A stretch of DNA of 52,665 bases, the filler included, from Catajapyx aquilonaris (Eukaryota), in the NCBI GenBank assembly GCA_000934665.2. It is 2 parts of 2 records of this genome, joined end to end, with 100 filler letters (N's around TTAATTAATTAA, not from the genome) between each part and the next. Parts side by side here need not be neighbours in the genome. Positions count along the whole stretch, not along the records: positions 26,384 to 52,665 come from JYFJ02005227.1; 1 more part is not named here. One strand, written 5' to 3'. The notes below the pieces were generated by a model. That model was given only the letters and a program-made list of their open reading frames with translations, ran no database searches and was not told where the DNA came from. Positions 48,066-52,665 of the stretch are shown piece after piece (the first letter of the stretch is position 1; each line of letters begins with the position of its first letter). The translations under genes and the position numbers were made by a program.

Positions 48066-48293
48066 TGCTGAAGGGAGGCGTGGTAGTCTAGTGGTTACGC
48101 CACTGGCTAGCCAAGCGGGAGGCCGGGGTTCAAATCCCGTCACCTCTGCTTGGGCGGGTCTTTTTCCGCTTTTCACCCGACACGTCGGGGGCAGCATTGC
48201 ACTCCCTTAGCTGCCCGGGCCAGAGAAAAGGTCTGGTGTATTTGAGAGAGTCTATAAACCGAGGATGCCCCCCCCCCCCCCCCCCNATAAATA
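48066..48293 (+). mobile_element. tRNA-derived SINE, family D
   Basis: TAGTCTAGTGG and GGTTCAAATCCC boxes. TSD aagagggaag at 48056-65 and 48294-303. Absent from repeat copy 1. Confidence 0.88.
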
Positions 48294-48327
48294 AAGAGGG
48301 AAGAGCTCAGCAGCATCGCTCCTTATA

Positions 48328-50253
48328 TAGCCTGGGGGGGGGGGGGGGCTCCGCCCCCCCACACACCCCCTTGGGGCTGCGCCCCAATTGGCGCGCCTTC
48401 GGCGCTACGCGTCCCCGCCAGGGCATACCCACCACCGCTAGAGAGCTGGCAACAATAACCTGGAGTATGTCGTTAACGAAGTGACCAATGAAGCATGACA
48501 AATTCCAGGACCACCACTACATGGCTGGAACAATATCCTGGAGTCTGTCGTAAACGGAGTGACCAATGAAGCATGACAACAACCAGGACCACCATTACAG
48601 GGCTGGCAACAATAACCTAGAGTATGTCATTAACGGAGTGACCAATGAAGCATGACAAATTCCAGGACCACCACTACAGGGTTGGCAACAATAACCTGGA
48701 GTTTGTCGTCAACGCTTCGCCCCATTAGCGCGCCTTCAGTGCTTGGCATCCCCGCCCAAGCCCACCCACCATGTTACTGGAGGAGCTGCGGGTACACTAT
48801 GTTTTTCACATAGGCCGTGCCTTCAATAATCCGGGCAGGTGAAACAAGGACAAGGATGTGATCTGGTGACCTGACACGACTGAGTGCCACGTACAATTGG
48901 CCGTGGGTGAAGCAGTCTGCATGAGCGCATGTCTAGGCCAACCAGATCAATTGTTTGTTCCTGGCTCTTGTGGATGGACATGGCGAAACAGAGTTTCAGA
49001 GGGAACTGCCTACGGCACATCTGTAGGGGCCTGCCCGCGACCACGGGGTACTTGAATATTATGCGCAGGATGGCAATAAGAGCTCATCCTCCCCGGGGCG
49101 TCGGACAGTGATGAGTCGAGGTGAAATTGTTTCGACTATAACTTTCGTGCCGTTCACCAAGCGGTAACCGAAATTGAGGTTGCGAATGATGAGCGCAACG
49201 CAGCCTTCTTCATTGTCAGCACGAGATCAGGGACACCTTTTCCCGTGGCCAGGTGAAGGGTTTCCACTTGTATGTCGAAAGCCTCTGCATACTCTGTTTC
49301 GTCCATGTATAGTCGGCGCTATACAGCCGATGAGCGTCTCCATCCAGCATATCCAGAACACGCTCGTTGACATCTCTGACGTTACAGTTATGAGTGCAGA
49401 GAACAACCCTCTTTGCAACTTCGTTGGGATCCATCAGCACGTGAGGTGGAAACACGAAACCGATGAGATCGCCAACTGAAGTGCAAGTCTTGAGACCTTC
49501 GAGGGGAATCAACGATTTCGTGTCCCGTCCCTCGCCAAAGAGACGTTCAGACACCTTGCCCTCCCCGACCCGAAGCAGGAACGACGAGTAGGCCGCATCT
49601 CCTCTAGTTCGTTGTGCTGACGTCAACCGGAAGACCTTCATTGTTGGCCACGAGAAGGAAGCCCTGATGGACACCGCAATGACATCGGAAGGGGTCCTCG
49701 CGTCAGGAACAACAGACGGGATCTGCCTGAAGTCACCGGCGAAAATGACAATTTTGCCGCCGAAAGGTTCTCTCGACTGCATGAGATCCCTTAGTGACCT
49801 GTCGAGAATCTCCAGCAGAAACCTGTGCGCCATCGGGGCTTCATCGAAGATTATCAATGAAGCCTGGCGGACAAGTTCAGCACGCTGCGAGCCGTTGGAG
49901 AGGCTCCAAAAACCCGAACCATCACCTAGGTCGAGTGGCAGGCGAAACATGCTGTCAGCTGTGACACCACCCTCAAGGAGCTGGCCACACACAAAACGAC
50001 AGCATTGCGAGATCTGAAGTGAGATGCTACCACTTGCAAAACCAGGCTCTTCCCGTAACCGCATGGGCCGTCAAGAAAGATAGTATATACGAGGGCAACC
50101 GAAGACGGGGCCGGTGTGCTCAGAAAGGGCGCGAACGTAATTCAGAAGGCTCAGCTGCTCGGGCGACAATCGGGGCTCCCATTCCTCTACGAATGCTCGC
50201 AGGCGACCCTCATTTGAGGCATTTCCGTCTACACCCTCTTTTTGAGCATTCAT
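48328..50253 (-). mobile_element. Decayed Helitron 3' part (PIF1-type helicase pseudogene)
   Basis: Motifs LIIFDEAPM, PFGGKIVIFAGDFRQI and RRQFPLKLCFAMSIHKSQ, plus a frameshifted FTHGQLYVALSRV. GC hairpin gggggcggagccccc near the 3' end. No Rep domain is visible. Confidence 0.88.
48446..48713. repeat. About 78-bp minisatellite, about 3.4 copies, in the Helitron 3' region
   Basis: Unit ggcaacaataacctggagtatgtcgttaacg..gtgaccaatgaagcatgacaaattccaggaccaccactac repeated. Confidence 0.9.
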
Positions 50254-51599
50254 TGCCTGGACTAAAAATTCTACAAATATTTACCATTTTTCATAATGTA
50301 GTGCCTGTCCAGTTTAGCTTCTCTTTTTGAGAGAATGTTCCCCTCTTCTGAACTTTTGAAGCCCTATGGGGGGGGGGGGTGAGTTTTGTAAGGAGGTCGA
50401 GGTCACAAAGGATAGGAAGGTCTGTTTTAAGGCAGGGGCCAGTCACAGCTTTGAATTACTACCCTTTTTGGGGGGAGTCTTGCCCTGCTTTTGTGAAGGG
50501 CAGTGGTCACTGACTCAATGGTCAGTTAGATTCAAGAGCTAGAAAGAGAACGGTTGCAGCTGTGTGTACATGGCCCAGCCCCTGGAGTTTTAGTTGTTGG
50601 TTACATCACGATTGTAGACGTGGAATAATAAAGGGTTGGAAAGAAGATAGTGCCAGAGTCATTATCACCCAACCACCTCTCCAGCCTATCATTTGGAGTC
50701 CCATCATCCCAGGAATATCACTGATCCTGCCTCCCTGCGAGCCCACCGAGCCTCGGGCAGAGGATTGGGCAGTACAATAATTATGCTCTGAGCCATGAGG
50801 TAAGCGGAATCCTTAATTTCACTTGATGCATGCAGTGTTATTTCAATCATCACACCATGAGCATAGTATACTGATGATTGTGCCCTCTAACAAATATTAC
50901 ATCATGCTTAAAGTGTAAGTTTGCTTTAAATCACTTTGCAGTAAGGCAGTTTTCTTTAGAGAGCCACTACCCTGATTGTGTCCTTATCACAATGTGCACA
51001 CTTTTTGCACTTTTTGCTAGGGAGGCACAGCAGATGACATGGTGATCATGACATGATCATGACTGTGTTTATCAGTTCACTTATGCTTCATCACATTGTG
51101 ATGAAGCATTTATAAGTGAACTGATAAACACAGCTCATGGTGATATTCAGTCAAGACCATGACTGAAGGAGTACCACACGAATTGAACAGCTAAAAATGT
51201 GATGATGCAAAGTTTAGCTTGCCATCAGTGCTACCGTTGGAGAGGAAATTCACAAGTTACATATTTGGGTGATTCTCCAAAAACTTACCAATACCATGTC
51301 CCAGCATAATAACTCAAAAATGGCTTGACTGAGAGAGTTGATTTTTTAAACATTTGGAGAAGCAGTTGACACCTAGCCATCCCCATGAAAACAAAGAAAA
51401 ATATTAAATTAAGTTTTACTGCAAAAAATGTCAAAGGGCCTAAAATCACTATTCTTGGCATGTCCCGATCTCATTTTAAAGCATGTTATATTATCTTACA
51501 ATTTTATTATTAACATTAGACATGTTTCAATACTACAATTAAATTGTACATAGTTTCAGGTATTAAACAACATTTTTAAAACGATTTATTATTATTATT

Positions 51600-52435
51600 A
51601 CACGCTTTATATTAGCTTCACTTTGTCTGTGAGCAGATTTGTGTGTTTGTCGCTTTGTCTACCCCTCTCTTCGCCATTGCCCCACCATCTATCGGTAGGT
51701 ATTAACGTTAGGAGTGATTTCGCGCCTTCCCACACCATCTATCGGTAGGGATTAACGTTAGGGGTGATTTCGCGCCTTCCCACACCATCTATCGGTAGGG
51801 ATTAACGTTAGGGGTGATTTCGCGCCTTCCCACACCATCTATCGGTAGGTATAAACGTTAGGGGTGATTTCGCGCCTTCCCACACCATCTAGCGGTTGGT
51901 ATTCACATTAGCGCTGACTTTGCAACATCAACGCCAGACGGCGGCAGTAGTCACGAGTTTCGCACATCGCTGCACATCTCCGTCGCTACTTCCCCTACAT
52001 CCTAGTCAGGTAGGTTCGCAACCTCCATGCCATCTAGCAGCAGTAGTCACGTGAGTCGGTGGATTTGCAACTTCCACAATTACCGTTAGGGGTCACTTCG
52101 CAACCTCAACGTCATTTGGCGGTAGTAGTCACTTTAGTTTTCGTTTATGAGGTCGCTTCGTCTTCCACCGCATCGTTTGGGTGTCATCCGCCACTTCCAC
52201 ACCATTATCTGGAGGCAGTCAGGTGAATGGGTGAGTTCGCTACCTCCCTACCATCTGGCGGTAGTAGTCACATGATGGGTGAATTTGCAACTTCCATACC
52301 CACTAGCGGTAGTAGTCACGTGAGTCGGTCTGTTAGCTATCTCCACGCCAGTCACCGGAGTTACTGGCTCTCAGTATCCAGTTCGCTTCCTCCAAACTAC
52401 AGGGCGGGAGTAAATATAGTACTCCAGACTGTTTT
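51600..52435 (+). mobile_element. Non-autonomous Helitron/Helentron-like element with internal 50-bp tandem repeat
   Basis: 5' acacgctttatattagcttcac followed by a (TTGT/CTGT)-like tract. caccatctatcggtagg recurs at 51683, 51733, 51783, 51833 and 51883. 3' ttcctccaaact...ggagta-tactcc hairpin, then a T run. Confidence 0.55.
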
Positions 52436-52665
52436 TTAGTGACAAAGTGAAAAGATTACAAATCACAGTCTGCTAGCACCATTCACCTTTACTCCCCATG
52501 TACTCTCCATCTGTCATTCCTTCCCCTTTATCACTAAAAACCAGTTAAAATAAAAATATATAAAAAATCTTTTTAAGAACACGCTTTATATTTCCAAGTG
52601 CACTAAAAAGTAGAAAATAATTTCTTCCTCAATCTTCAGCTTTCTCTTTTACCTTGAACTGAACA

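Noticed and set aside
48446..48713. CRISPR-like repeat arrays (also 51683-51900)
   Set aside because: Contiguous tandem units without unique spacers, eukaryotic context and no cas genes.
49216..50064. Functional cellular PIF1 gene
   Set aside because: Intronless, frameshifted, no intact Walker A motif, and has Helitron-like 3' structures.

Overview
AT-rich, intron-containing animal DNA, most consistent with an insect. There is no prokaryotic or CRISPR content. All family calls come from manual translation, splicing and remembered motifs; no searches were run. Left part (1-26.3 kb): a decayed RTE-clade LINE, then a compact gene block that the ORF track misses because the genes are spliced. 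The block holds a C14orf119/DUF4508-like gene (-), a 94-aa GON7-like (KEOPS fifth subunit) candidate (+), RRP15 (-, stop only 32 bp from the GON7-like stop, convergent) and a possible orphan Pro-rich gene (+). Its introns are packed with SINEs, mariners and nested MITEs. An artificial N-TTAATTAATTAA-N spacer lies at 26284-26383. Right part: a tandem array of three pickpocket (DEG/ENaC) channel genes (-). Two are intact 10-exon genes; the third has no recognisable TM2 exon and has lost one thumb disulfide pair. After the array come a repeat mosaic with a degenerate (CCTAA)n array, a decayed Helitron PIF1 helicase and a Helitron-like element carrying a 50-bp satellite. The best lead is the GON7-like gene and its probable antisense overlap with RRP15.
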